DNA of 64,000 nucleotides from Candidatus Moraniibacteriota bacterium (GTDB lineage Bacteria; Patescibacteriota; Minisyncoccia; Moranbacterales; UBA2206): NCBI GenBank assembly GCA_049304095.1, contig JBAQNU010000024.1, positions 11,893 to 75,892 of the forward strand, read 5' to 3'. Shown piece by piece: positions 9,801 to 17,927 of this stretch (position 1 is its first letter; each line of letters starts with the position of its first letter). The notes under the pieces were generated by a model. It saw only the letters and a program-made list of their open reading frames with translations, ran no database searches and was not told where the DNA came from. The position numbers and the translations under genes were made by a program.

Positions 9801-10439
9801 GTGAGTATAATTGATGGTATCCAGGGAGATGAAAAAGACATTATAATCTATTCTTTTGTTATTAGGGCGCCTCAACAAAAAAGAATGTATATTCCACTTA
9901 CTGGCGAAGGAGGTGATGTGCAGAGGGATATAAATATGGGCAGAGTAAACGTGGCTTTTTCTAGGGCTAGGTTGCAAGTGCATTGCTTTTCCAGTTTGCC
10001 TGTTGATAAAATTCCAGAAGGGATTTGGATTAAAAAATTTCTTAAATATATCGAAGAAAATGGCGAGATAGATTTCTATTCTACTGAAATGAAACCCTTT
10101 GATTCATATTTTGAAGAAGAATTTTATCATTTTATCCGAACAAAATTAGGAAAAAATTATATTACTCAGAATCAAATAGAAAGTTGTGGTTTTAAATTGG
10201 ATTTTGTTATTAGCAATAAGAAAAATGGTAAAAAAATAGCAATTGAATGTGACGGTCCAACTCATTTTGAGGATGAATTGGATGAGGAATGCAGTATTTA
10301 TGTAGAGAGCGACCAAGAGAGACAAAGAGTATTGGAGGCAGCTGGCTGGAATTTTTATCGCTTAAAATATTCAGATTGGCTAGATGAGCGATTTGACAGA
10401 GATGGTGTATATGCGGATGTCAAAAAGTTGCTTCAGTAA
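6846..10439 (+). CDS. Large Upf1-like SF1B helicase with a C-terminal DUF559/Vsr-like endonuclease domain (defence-type helicase-nuclease)
   Basis: Walker A VEGPPGTGKSQT, motif II VILDEASQ, motif III FVGDSEQ, IDGIQGDEKDIIIYS (AAA_12-like). C-terminal ...IAIECDGPTHF...RQRVLEAAGWNFYRL matches DUF559. Confidence 0.75.
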   Translation: MKDTMNQNLANFIKYCLGYINITRQKGFFSQQKSSIEISENILNLEGLLNGELDEKTEELINLETFYSYDPKKVPEELKEEYQKQKELANKIEDIYNKHRNDQYRKQIILHFGHFEIEIPQIEEENGDVTESVELSEEKAGKQAKLFEGKEFENEKEDNEVNIKKESYPLFSLPIRIEKDCGKYFMYTVDPEIQVNIGSLEGVLGEELYFQLLEKISKYEIDDRFTIPINDLAILQEVWHEVKNQLKLKDVVFEEESFSLEEMKLTLGLKANYFLSEDLRKLSELSGDLEKSSLISWVNNDGLNEETKTIKKTELYFPFAYDKHQVRILSLLKNKAFIVEGPPGTGKSQTISNLLCHLAASGKKVLFVSQKAQALKVVKDKLKTLGVDYLFGYLPNPASAQLNEIDELDGIAPQLSAMNQHIEKILHGSQRSNANKSSELSEAVEKTYQLVNDLNLAVETQRKAYALYTELEKLKEFEMSITEFDVFCQCFSREYWRGIKDLKGKMEELSHFLEKYGNSKEKRQLDKVFSKLDFNGTKYFGFIDTILGDVEKTCYDKHSKFFRNINNTKRNFRLKTVRNSLPMEIIDVVDELLLEDLSKNEKVKFLKMLSGYCQFFEVKSELEEHRLQLEKSLCECGVSHDEFQIIDKKILETPSCELEKIKDKIVRVQAIKEELKNLKAGNQNVITSQLHDIRNDVGLRVAHYLKNILNKNIIEKCSTSITVRQIVRRLASAFKKSKTAFKTFDKIRKDADNFNTILDLIPIWIMELDDASRIVPLEAGIFDYVILDEASQCNVAYTLPVMFRAKHAIFVGDSEQMRDNTIMFKSNRTFDELAKRHQIPDELRIKSTGTTVQSVLDIAYLRGFQNKALTYHYRSPKELIGFCNKYFYIPKGKELISLNSQYLTYKDTNRIMIAHYIENDWSEEFSDAVNVAEAKAILSLFRELRSDDKYKNKSIGILSFFNAQATFIRELLEKEGFKEEKNDYVVSIIDGIQGDEKDIIIYSFVIRAPQQKRMYIPLTGEGGDVQRDINMGRVNVAFSRARLQVHCFSSLPVDKIPEGIWIKKFLKYIEENGEIDFYSTEMKPFDSYFEEEFYHFIRTKLGKNYITQNQIESCGFKLDFVISNKKNGKKIAIECDGPTHFEDELDEECSIYVESDQERQRVLEAAGWNFYRLKYSDWLDERFDRDGVYADVKKLLQ

Positions 10440-10621
10440 AAATATTCCAGACAAAAGAGGTAAAAATAAAATGTGGTGGAAAACACTCTGAACAATCAGA
10501 TGGAGTGAGATTTGAAAGGGTGGAAAATGTGTTGCAGATGTTTGGATAAATATAAGCCGAACAAGCTCAGCGGTATTAAGTCTTGGTAATATTTATGTCC
10601 GTTTATTTTTCATTTTGATAT

Positions 10622-12598
10622 ATGTTAATTGATTATGTTGAAGTAAAAAATTATAGGTCATTGTTGAGTGAAAAACTCTACTTAGAGAATCTCACGGCAC
10701 TTGTTGGTGCGAATGGTGCAGGAAAATCAACTTTTCTAAAAGCACTTGAGATTTTTTATGCTTCTGCTCAAACAATAAAACAGGATGATTATTATAATAA
10801 AGATTCATCGTCTCATATAAGCATATCAGTTGCATATAAAAACTTGTCAGATGAAGCTAAGGAGCTTTTTTCTCCATATTTGCAAGATGGTGGATTGGTT
10901 GTTGAGCTAGAGATTGGTTGGAATGAGGGTAGGCCAAGTTTCAAGTATCACGGCTCAAGTTTACAAAATCCAGATTTCGTTTCAATTAGGAATGTTTCTG
11001 GTGCAAATGAAAAGAAGGCATCGTATGCAGAACTTAGAAAGCAGGAAAAATATAACTCTCTTCCAGCAGTAAGAAGTGGAGGTGCTGTGGTAGATGAATT
11101 AGCAAAATGGGAAAATGAAAATATTGCTCAATGCGTTAGGTTAAGAGACGATGGTCAATTTTTTGGATTTAAAAGTGTTGCAAAGGGGTATCTTGGAAAG
11201 TTTTCACAATTTTTATTTATTCCAGCTGTGCGAGATGCTATTGGAGATGCGGAGGATGCAAAAAATTCAACATTTTCACGCTTGATGGATTTAGTTGTGA
11301 AAAGTGTTATTTCTAGAAAGCAAGAATATATTGATTTGAAAAGTGCAACTGAAGAAAAATATAAAGAAATAATGAATCCAGAAAAACTTACCGAGTTGAA
11401 TGTGTTACAAGAACAGATGAACGAAACAATTAAAACTTTTGTGCCCAATGCTAGTATAGGTTTAAATTGGCTTCCACTGGGCAGTATAAATATGCCTCCT
11501 CCACTGGCTGATATTAAGTTGATAGAAGATGGTTTTGAATCTTCGGTTGAAAAAACTGGACACGGATTGCAAAGAGCATTTATTTTAACCCTGTTGCAAC
11601 ATTTGGCTATGGAGCAAGTTAAAGCAAATGATAATGGTGAATCAACTTCTTCAACATTGCCAACACTTATTTTGGCAATAGAGGAGCCAGAAATTTATCA
11701 ACACCCCAATAGGCAAAGACATTTAGCAAAGATATTAAAGAAACTCGCTCACGGGAAAACGCCTGGTGTTGCTGAAAATACTCAAGTTTTGTATTGCACG
11801 CATTCACCTCATTTTGTAGGAATTGATAGAATTGACCAAATCAGGCTTTTTCGTAAAGTTGGAAATGAAGGGAAGCCAAAAATAACAAAAGTTATTAGTA
11901 CTAATTTGGATGATGTGGCTAACAGTATCTGGGAATCAGATGGAAGTAATGGACAAAAATTTGATAGTAGTAGTTTAATTCCAAGGATTCACGCAATAAT
12001 GACCCCTTGGATGAATGAAGGATTTTTTTCTGATGTTAACATATTGGTTGAGGGCGAGGACGATAGGGCTGCAATTCTGGGTATCGCTAAAGCGAACGGA
12101 TGTGAATTAGAGGGAGATGGCTTTTCTGTTATACCTTGTGGAGGAAAAAATAGTATCGATAGACCTTATATTATTTTTACAAAATTAGGTATCCCAACTT
12201 ATATAATATGGGATGGAGATTTTGGAAAAGGCGAAACATCTGGAGAGTGCAAATTTTGCGGTAAGGTTTTGGATAATAAAGCAAAGCCTGAAGAAAATAA
12301 AAAATTACTTCGATTGGTTGGTCGCAGTGAAGAGGAATGGCCTAGCTATATAGATGATAAGTCAGCTTGCTTCAAGGATAAGTTGGAGACTACCCTATGT
12401 GAAGAAATTGGTTCTGATATATTTGAAAAATGTCTCCAGGAATGTCAAAAAGAATATGGAATATCAACAAAAAAACACGCAATAAAAAATCCAAATGTAA
12501 TTACGGATATAATAAACAAGGCTAAGGAACAGGGTAAAACTAGCGAATCTCTTGAGGAAATTTTGAAAAAAATATTGATGCTAAAAAATCAGAAATAA
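10622..12598 (+). CDS. OLD-family ATP-dependent endonuclease (ABC/AAA_15-type ATPase plus Toprim; GajA/class-1 OLD-like)
   Basis: N-terminal IDYVEVKNYRSL...LVGANGAGKST. C-terminal Toprim-like NILVEGEDDRAAILGIA...WDGDFGKG. Confidence 0.7.
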   Translation: MLIDYVEVKNYRSLLSEKLYLENLTALVGANGAGKSTFLKALEIFYASAQTIKQDDYYNKDSSSHISISVAYKNLSDEAKELFSPYLQDGGLVVELEIGWNEGRPSFKYHGSSLQNPDFVSIRNVSGANEKKASYAELRKQEKYNSLPAVRSGGAVVDELAKWENENIAQCVRLRDDGQFFGFKSVAKGYLGKFSQFLFIPAVRDAIGDAEDAKNSTFSRLMDLVVKSVISRKQEYIDLKSATEEKYKEIMNPEKLTELNVLQEQMNETIKTFVPNASIGLNWLPLGSINMPPPLADIKLIEDGFESSVEKTGHGLQRAFILTLLQHLAMEQVKANDNGESTSSTLPTLILAIEEPEIYQHPNRQRHLAKILKKLAHGKTPGVAENTQVLYCTHSPHFVGIDRIDQIRLFRKVGNEGKPKITKVISTNLDDVANSIWESDGSNGQKFDSSSLIPRIHAIMTPWMNEGFFSDVNILVEGEDDRAAILGIAKANGCELEGDGFSVIPCGGKNSIDRPYIIFTKLGIPTYIIWDGDFGKGETSGECKFCGKVLDNKAKPEENKKLLRLVGRSEEEWPSYIDDKSACFKDKLETTLCEEIGSDIFEKCLQECQKEYGISTKKHAIKNPNVITDIINKAKEQGKTSESLEEILKKILMLKNQK

Positions 12599-12727
12599 CA
12601 AATGCAAAAAGTTTATGTATAAAATACACACATTTGATTTTACAACTGGCAAGGAAACTCAAAGAAAATATACCAAAGCCAAGATAATAGATATGATTTG
12701 CTTCATTGAGGGGCAAAATAAAAAAAG

Positions 12728-14245
12728 ATGAATCAAGCTATTTTGAAAAAACTAAAGAGCTGGCGTCAGCAAAAAGCGGATTTAGAGAACTGCGAACTTT
12801 TCAGGGTGTTTCAAAATAAAACGCTTGAGGATATCGCTACTATTTTGCCAAATACGAAAGATGATTTATTTACTATCAAGGGAATCAAAGAAAAGAAATT
12901 TGAAAAATATGGCAGGGACATTTTAGATATTATCAATGAATGCACGGATAGTAGTGAGCGCATAGAAATAGAGGGAGAGACTGAATCAGTGCTGATTCAG
13001 AAGCGGGAGCAAAAAGTGTATTCGGTTAGCGATTTTCTCAATCTCGTTAACTCATCACTGCGCCATATCAACATTGCCGTGAGAGGCGAGGTGTCTAGTG
13101 TGAAACTTCAAAATCATCTATATTTTTCGCTTAAAGATAAGACTGATGGTAGTGTGGTTAATTGTTTTATGTGGGCAAATGATTATGAAATGTGCGGTGT
13201 GAAAATGCAAGAGGGTATGGAGATTACCATCCACGGATTCCCAGAAGTATATAAACCAGGAGGAAAACTGAATTTTAGAACCAGTGTTATTGAGCTGGTA
13301 GGAGAAGGTGCGCTAAAAAAGGCTTACGATGAGCTCAAGGATAAACTTGAAGCGGAGGGGCTATTCGCAGAGGAAAGAAAAAAGCAACTTCCAGATTTTT
13401 CTCAAAAAATAGGATTGATAACTTCGAGGAATGGGGCGGTTATTAACGATTTTATGAGCAATATTGGCAGATTTGGATATCACATAACATTTGTTGATTC
13501 CAGGGTGGAAGGAATTACAGCTGTAAAAGATTTGATTACTGCGGTGCAATATTTTAAAGATAAATCAATTGATGTGCTAGTGATTATTCGTGGTGGCGGA
13601 AGCCTGGAAAGCTTACAAGCATTTAATAATGAAGCTCTGATTAGAGAAATAGTGAAAATGCCAATGCCAGTGTTGTGTGGAATTGGGCACGACAAAGATG
13701 TACCGTTGCTGTCCTATGTAGCTGATAAAGCAGTTTCAACTCCATCCATTGTGGCAAAAGAAATAAACAAATCGTGGGAGAGGGCGGTGGACAAGCTGGA
13801 TTACTATGAGACGACTATTATCTCCAAATATGAAGGAACTTTGCGAGATAGTAAATACAAGCTGGAAAATGCTTCAATTCAAATGAGGGATTTCTATGAG
13901 AATATTTTTAGAAAGTTTGAGCAATATCAGCAAGCTATTGAGAACTTTATTGCCAACATAAATCAGACAATTAGACACGAAAAATATAAAATTCAAAAAC
14001 TTGGTGAGTTATTGGCGACCAGTTTTAGTAGGAATCTAGAAAGTGTGAAAGATGAATTGGATAATTTTGAAAAGGAGTTACATCAAAATAATCCAGAACG
14101 CCAACTGAAACTCGGATATAGTATTGTTACTCTGAATGGCAGAGTGGTAAAATCAGCCAGCCAAATAAAGAAGGGGGATATTTTAGTAAGCAAATTGGGT
14201 GAAGGAAAAGTCCAATCCGAAGCTCAAGAAATTTTTAATAATTAA
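12728..14245 (+). CDS. xseA: Exodeoxyribonuclease VII large subunit with an extra N-terminal helical (HRDC/HhH-like) extension
   Basis: OB-fold VRGEVSSVK...HLYFSLKD and conserved central XseA catalytic regions (IRGGGSLE). About 90 aa precede the OB fold. Confidence 0.75.
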   Translation: MNQAILKKLKSWRQQKADLENCELFRVFQNKTLEDIATILPNTKDDLFTIKGIKEKKFEKYGRDILDIINECTDSSERIEIEGETESVLIQKREQKVYSVSDFLNLVNSSLRHINIAVRGEVSSVKLQNHLYFSLKDKTDGSVVNCFMWANDYEMCGVKMQEGMEITIHGFPEVYKPGGKLNFRTSVIELVGEGALKKAYDELKDKLEAEGLFAEERKKQLPDFSQKIGLITSRNGAVINDFMSNIGRFGYHITFVDSRVEGITAVKDLITAVQYFKDKSIDVLVIIRGGGSLESLQAFNNEALIREIVKMPMPVLCGIGHDKDVPLLSYVADKAVSTPSIVAKEINKSWERAVDKLDYYETTIISKYEGTLRDSKYKLENASIQMRDFYENIFRKFEQYQQAIENFIANINQTIRHEKYKIQKLGELLATSFSRNLESVKDELDNFEKELHQNNPERQLKLGYSIVTLNGRVVKSASQIKKGDILVSKLGEGKVQSEAQEIFNN

Positions 14246-14262
14246 CAAATAATTCAAAATAT

Positions 14263-14472
14263 ATGGAAAAGCTAAATTTGTCGCAGTCATTGAAGAAGTT
14301 GGAAGAAATAACAGAGTGGTTCAATGACCAGCAGGAAGTGGATGTTGAAAGGGGACTGGAGAAAGTGAAAGAAGGTGTGCAATTGGTAAAATCCAGCCGA
14401 GAAAGGCTCAAAGAAGTGGAGAATGAGTTTGAGGATGTGAAAAAGGATTTGGAGGGGGAGATAGAGAAATAA
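14263..14472 (+). CDS. xseB: Exodeoxyribonuclease VII small subunit
   Basis: 69-aa coiled-coil protein immediately downstream of xseA, with the typical LEEITEWFND..GL.KVKEG pattern. Confidence 0.6.
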   Translation: MEKLNLSQSLKKLEEITEWFNDQQEVDVERGLEKVKEGVQLVKSSRERLKEVENEFEDVKKDLEGEIEK

Positions 14473-14478
14473 AATATT

Positions 14479-15228
14479 ATGGATTTTACTCTTGAACGAT
14501 TTAAAGAAATTCACAGAAATGAATTTGCTAGAAGAAATTTTTTGGGAATTGCAGACTACGAATATGTTAGCGCAAGAACTCTATATAGAAATGAATGCTA
14601 CGACCAGTTTTTAACAATGGCTCATCAGTGTGTTGAAAAATATCTAAAGGCAATTCTCTTGTATAATAATCAAAATACAAAATTTGGCCACGATATTGAA
14701 AAAGGGCTAAATAGGGTCAATAAAATTAGTGAAGTAAAACTAGAAGGAAGCACTAGTTCCTTTATCAAAGAACTTGACCAAGTCAGATTTGCAAGATATC
14801 TCACTGGGCCCTTTTATGGTAGGGGTGATTTTTTACTGAATCTTGATTGCTCCGTTTGGGATTTAAGACTCTTTTGCCATAATCTAAAAAAGCCCAATTT
14901 TAGATTAAAAGATGATAAGTCAAAACAAAACATTTTGAATATAACATTGAAGGGATATGGGATTATTTTTTCGGGAGAGTTGGAGAATATAATAAAGAAT
15001 CGTAATGGAAAGCATTCAAAATTAAAAGAAAATCTTATTTGGAAGAATTTTAGATACGGAAAGAGAAGAAAAAATAGTATAAAGAATTTTTCAGATAGGA
15101 GCTGGTCAAAAAATCCATCCTTTCTTTTGAATGGAAGTGATGCAGAAAATAAAAAATGCTATGAGTATTTAAAGGAGTATGTTAATTTTGAAAAAGAAGT
15201 CAATGACTATTTTAGCAATATTTCTTGA
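14479..15228 (+). CDS. HEPN-like domain protein, hypothetical
   Basis: ARTLYRNECYDQFLTMAHQCVEKYLKAIL resembles the HEPN helix pair (..aHQavEKaLKAlL). Confidence 0.3.
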   Translation: MDFTLERFKEIHRNEFARRNFLGIADYEYVSARTLYRNECYDQFLTMAHQCVEKYLKAILLYNNQNTKFGHDIEKGLNRVNKISEVKLEGSTSSFIKELDQVRFARYLTGPFYGRGDFLLNLDCSVWDLRLFCHNLKKPNFRLKDDKSKQNILNITLKGYGIIFSGELENIIKNRNGKHSKLKENLIWKNFRYGKRRKNSIKNFSDRSWSKNPSFLLNGSDAENKKCYEYLKEYVNFEKEVNDYFSNIS

Positions 15229-15300
15229 GTGTGTAAGAGTGAATAACTCGATTTGACTTTATACGACAGCAAGCTAACATTGGACAAACCATAAAATCCA

Positions 15301-16212
15301 ATGTTATTTTTTAGAAAACAAAATTTAATAAAACTGAGTGAGGCTGGCAAGGAGTATCTGGATTATTGTGAGCTGGAAAAAGAAATGGTTCCTGCTTCAA
15401 TCTATGAATATAGTAAGGTTGTTGCGTGGACGATAGATATTCTCGGAGACTTAAATGTTGGTGAAATAGCGGAAGACCACATTGCTAAATTAAAAAAAGA
15501 GTATAATAGGAGAGGATTGAAGCCAACTACCAGAGCCCATAACTTATCGGTTATCCGTGAGCTTTTGAGATTTTGTCAGTATGGATTGCGTCTCCAGGTG
15601 ATGGATTTTGAAAAAATAAAACGACCAAAAATTCCCAAACGCAGAGTGGATTATCTGACCGAAGAAGAACTGAAGCATTTTTTCAATTCAATCGGAAAAA
15701 GAAGTATTCGAGATTCTAGATTTAGAGCACTGGTTTCGATTCTGATTTTTACGGGTTGTCGAATAGGTGAAGCACTAAATTTGAAAGTCCAAGATGTGGA
15801 TTGGGAGAAAAAAGAAGCCCTGATTGTTGGCAAGGGCAATAAGCAGAGGAAGCTATATTTTACAGATTTAGCACTAGAATGTATTCGGGAATATCTAGAA
15901 AAGAGGGGCTATGAGGGTAAGTTCATTTTTGTAGCTGAAGGCAAGACAAATCGGTGGGACAGAAATGATGCCCAGAGGAATTTCAGGAATTATCGTAAGA
16001 AGTTGGGGTTAGCTGGAAATGTTACAGCTCACACAATACGTCACAGCTTTGCCACGATTTTGATGAAAAAAGGGATTAGCCTTGGACACATTCAAGTTTT
16101 ACTTGGACATTCAGATATTCAAACTACCAGCAGGCATTATTTAGGTATCCTAAGCGATGACGAGGCAAAACAGGCTCACGAAAAGGGGATGAATATGGAT
16201 AGCTGGCTGTAA
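15301..16212 (+). CDS. Tyrosine recombinase/integrase
   Basis: AHTIRHSFATIL...LLGHSDIQTTSRHY catalytic signature. Confidence 0.8.
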   Translation: MLFFRKQNLIKLSEAGKEYLDYCELEKEMVPASIYEYSKVVAWTIDILGDLNVGEIAEDHIAKLKKEYNRRGLKPTTRAHNLSVIRELLRFCQYGLRLQVMDFEKIKRPKIPKRRVDYLTEEELKHFFNSIGKRSIRDSRFRALVSILIFTGCRIGEALNLKVQDVDWEKKEALIVGKGNKQRKLYFTDLALECIREYLEKRGYEGKFIFVAEGKTNRWDRNDAQRNFRNYRKKLGLAGNVTAHTIRHSFATILMKKGISLGHIQVLLGHSDIQTTSRHYLGILSDDEAKQAHEKGMNMDSWL

Positions 16213-16440
16213 TGATTTGCCAGATTGCTAAATGTTGATTTATACTTAGTAGAAGAATATGTGGGGATAAGACTCGCATTTTTCATCTCAGCAATCATAG
16301 CGTTTTCGGTTGTAAGAATTAATTTTCAAATAATCTTTACGTTTATGATAAAACTACAAATCGGAATTTTTGGAGGCGTCATTTGCGTGGAGGGCTTTAG
16401 GTGGCCTTTCTTCAAAACTATGATTAATGGGCTACGATGA

Positions 16441-16500
16441 AAAGTGGGTTTTGGTCTCACGCTAAATGGCGTAAGGGGGGTTCGATTCCCCCTCTCCACA
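16441..16500 (+). ncRNA. tRNA-like T-arm plus acceptor 3' strand; either a tRNA 3' remnant/att site or the 3' end of a tmRNA
   Basis: GGGGG-TTCGATT-CCCCC T-arm followed by TCTCCAC+A. No canonical D or anticodon arms immediately upstream. A 5' partner GTGGGGA at 16254 would give a 246-nt tmRNA-like molecule. Confidence 0.35.
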
Positions 16501-16627
16501 CAATAATAAGCTCATCTCTTCCCACGAATCACCTCTGAAGCTTCATATATGCGGAAAATCCCCTGCGCCTGCTTCGGTAGTGTGCAGGATTTTTGTATGG
16601 TTGACTTAATTCTACAGCGAGGTAACA

Positions 16628-17305
16628 TTGAATAAACTGCACACGATTATGCTAACAAAAGGAACCAAAAAATCATTCTCAGAAGAAGCCAAACGACAGC
16701 TTGCGTTGGTAAATAAGAGCATTGGAAACTACGGCAAACCAATCCGTGGCAGATATCTTACGTTATATCACGGAACCAATAGTCGGAACCTGGAGAAAAT
16801 TCTTAAAGAGGGGATAAAGCCAAGAGGCAAACACAAATCCAACTGGGAAAGTGGTATTGGAATATCCAGAAATGACTTGGTGTATTTGACCTACTGTTAC
16901 GCTTGTTACTTTGCGTCTGCTTCTTGCAAGAAGAAGGGCGATGTGCCAGTTATTATTAAACTAAAAATAGACACTAAAAACACAGAACTATTCCCAGATG
17001 AAGAGTTTATTTTCAGAGCCTTACATAAAGCTGGCGAGGGGTTAGACCATAAAAAAGCGGTGATGATGTATAATAAGATTGACCCTCGAAAATATGATGG
17101 CAAGAAATATTGGGAAGCCAGTCTGAAATTTATGGGTACGGTTTGTGCAGAGTATATTCCAGTGGGAAGTATCGTGGGGTATGCTGAGGGAAACTCTTCA
17201 GAATTTATGAAGAACTGTGACCCTTCCATTTCTCCCATAAATTATAAAATAATGTCTGCCAGCTATATTGATTATCTGGAAAGTTTGGATTATAAACAAG
17301 TATAG
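16628..17305 (+). CDS. ADP-ribosyltransferase-fold protein resembling the KptA/Tpt1 catalytic domain
   Basis: LTLYHGTNSRNLEKILKEGIKPRG matches the KptA block [25 protein letters not shown]. It lacks the KptA N-terminal domain. Confidence 0.45.
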   Translation: MNKLHTIMLTKGTKKSFSEEAKRQLALVNKSIGNYGKPIRGRYLTLYHGTNSRNLEKILKEGIKPRGKHKSNWESGIGISRNDLVYLTYCYACYFASASCKKKGDVPVIIKLKIDTKNTELFPDEEFIFRALHKAGEGLDHKKAVMMYNKIDPRKYDGKKYWEASLKFMGTVCAEYIPVGSIVGYAEGNSSEFMKNCDPSISPINYKIMSASYIDYLESLDYKQV

Positions 17306-17429
17306 GTAAAAAATAACCATTCTGGTATAATTAAAAAAGACTACCGCTCTCTTTCAAATGCTAGTATCATTTAGTTATAATTTGTTGCTATAATATTATG
17401 AAAAAATACGAAAAGGAGGTGAGCGTATT

Positions 17430-17543
17430 ATGATAATTCGCAATGATGGCTTTGATGACTGCAATGGGGGCGGTAATACCGACGGTCAAGTAGACGGAGA
17501 TGACAATGGCAATGACAACACAGGCGGAGAGAGCGATGATTAG
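17430..17543 (+). CDS. 37-aa Gly/Asp/Asn-rich acidic peptide (unannotated small ORF)
   Basis: AAGGAGG Shine-Dalgarno 8 nt upstream. TTCAAA-17-TATAAT promoter-like sequence upstream. Sequence MIIRNDGFDDCNGGGNTDGQVDGDDNGNDNTGGESDD. Confidence 0.4.
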   Translation: MIIRNDGFDDCNGGGNTDGQVDGDDNGNDNTGGESDD

Positions 17544-17582
17544 TCATTAATAAGAAATTTAAACTAGAAGGGAGGCGGATAC

Positions 17583-17678
17583 TATGAATGCTGATGAAGG
17601 CGATGGTGGTCCCTGGGGAACCGATGGTCCTGATGATGGTCCTGCAGGTCCTGGTGGTGGTCCCTTCGATGGTGATTA
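17583..17678 (+). CDS. 31-aa Gly/Asp/Pro-rich acidic peptide (unannotated small ORF)
   Basis: GAAGGGAGG Shine-Dalgarno upstream. Sequence MNADEGDGGPWGTDGPDDGPAGPGGGPFDGD. A terminator follows. Confidence 0.4.
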
Positions 17679-17729
17679 AAGAATTTGGCACATATATTGA
17701 TTTCTCCCACAAATCTAGCTAAGACATAA

Positions 17730-17753
17730 GCAGGCACGAGAGCCTGCTTTTTG
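17730..17753 (+). terminator. Rho-independent terminator after the acidic-peptide operon
   Basis: GCAGGC-ACGAGA-GCCTGC followed by TTTTT. Confidence 0.6.
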
Positions 17754-17927
17754 TATCAAATAAAACTTTAACTAATATGCTAAGATAATGTATGTAAACG
17801 GTAATTATCTAAGTATGAAAGTTAATAAATTGCGCTAGATAGTTCGCAAACGGAGGATTTCTAGGGAGCAATTTGACAAAATCCGCCCCTCTGCTAAAGT
17901 AGATTTAAGGTAAAGTTTCCATTTCCT

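Noticed and set aside
16225-16440. 71-aa hydrophobic ORF upstream of the tRNA-like element
   Set aside because: It has an odd composition and no ribosome-binding site, and it overlaps the possible tmRNA/tRNA-like body, so it is probably non-coding.
17428-17712. Minus-strand 94-aa His/Cys-rich ORF (HCHCHCH...)
   Set aside because: It is antisense to two + strand micro-ORFs that have near-consensus Shine-Dalgarno sequences, an upstream promoter and a downstream terminator. Its low-complexity composition is what the reverse reading of a GGT/GAT-rich sequence would give.
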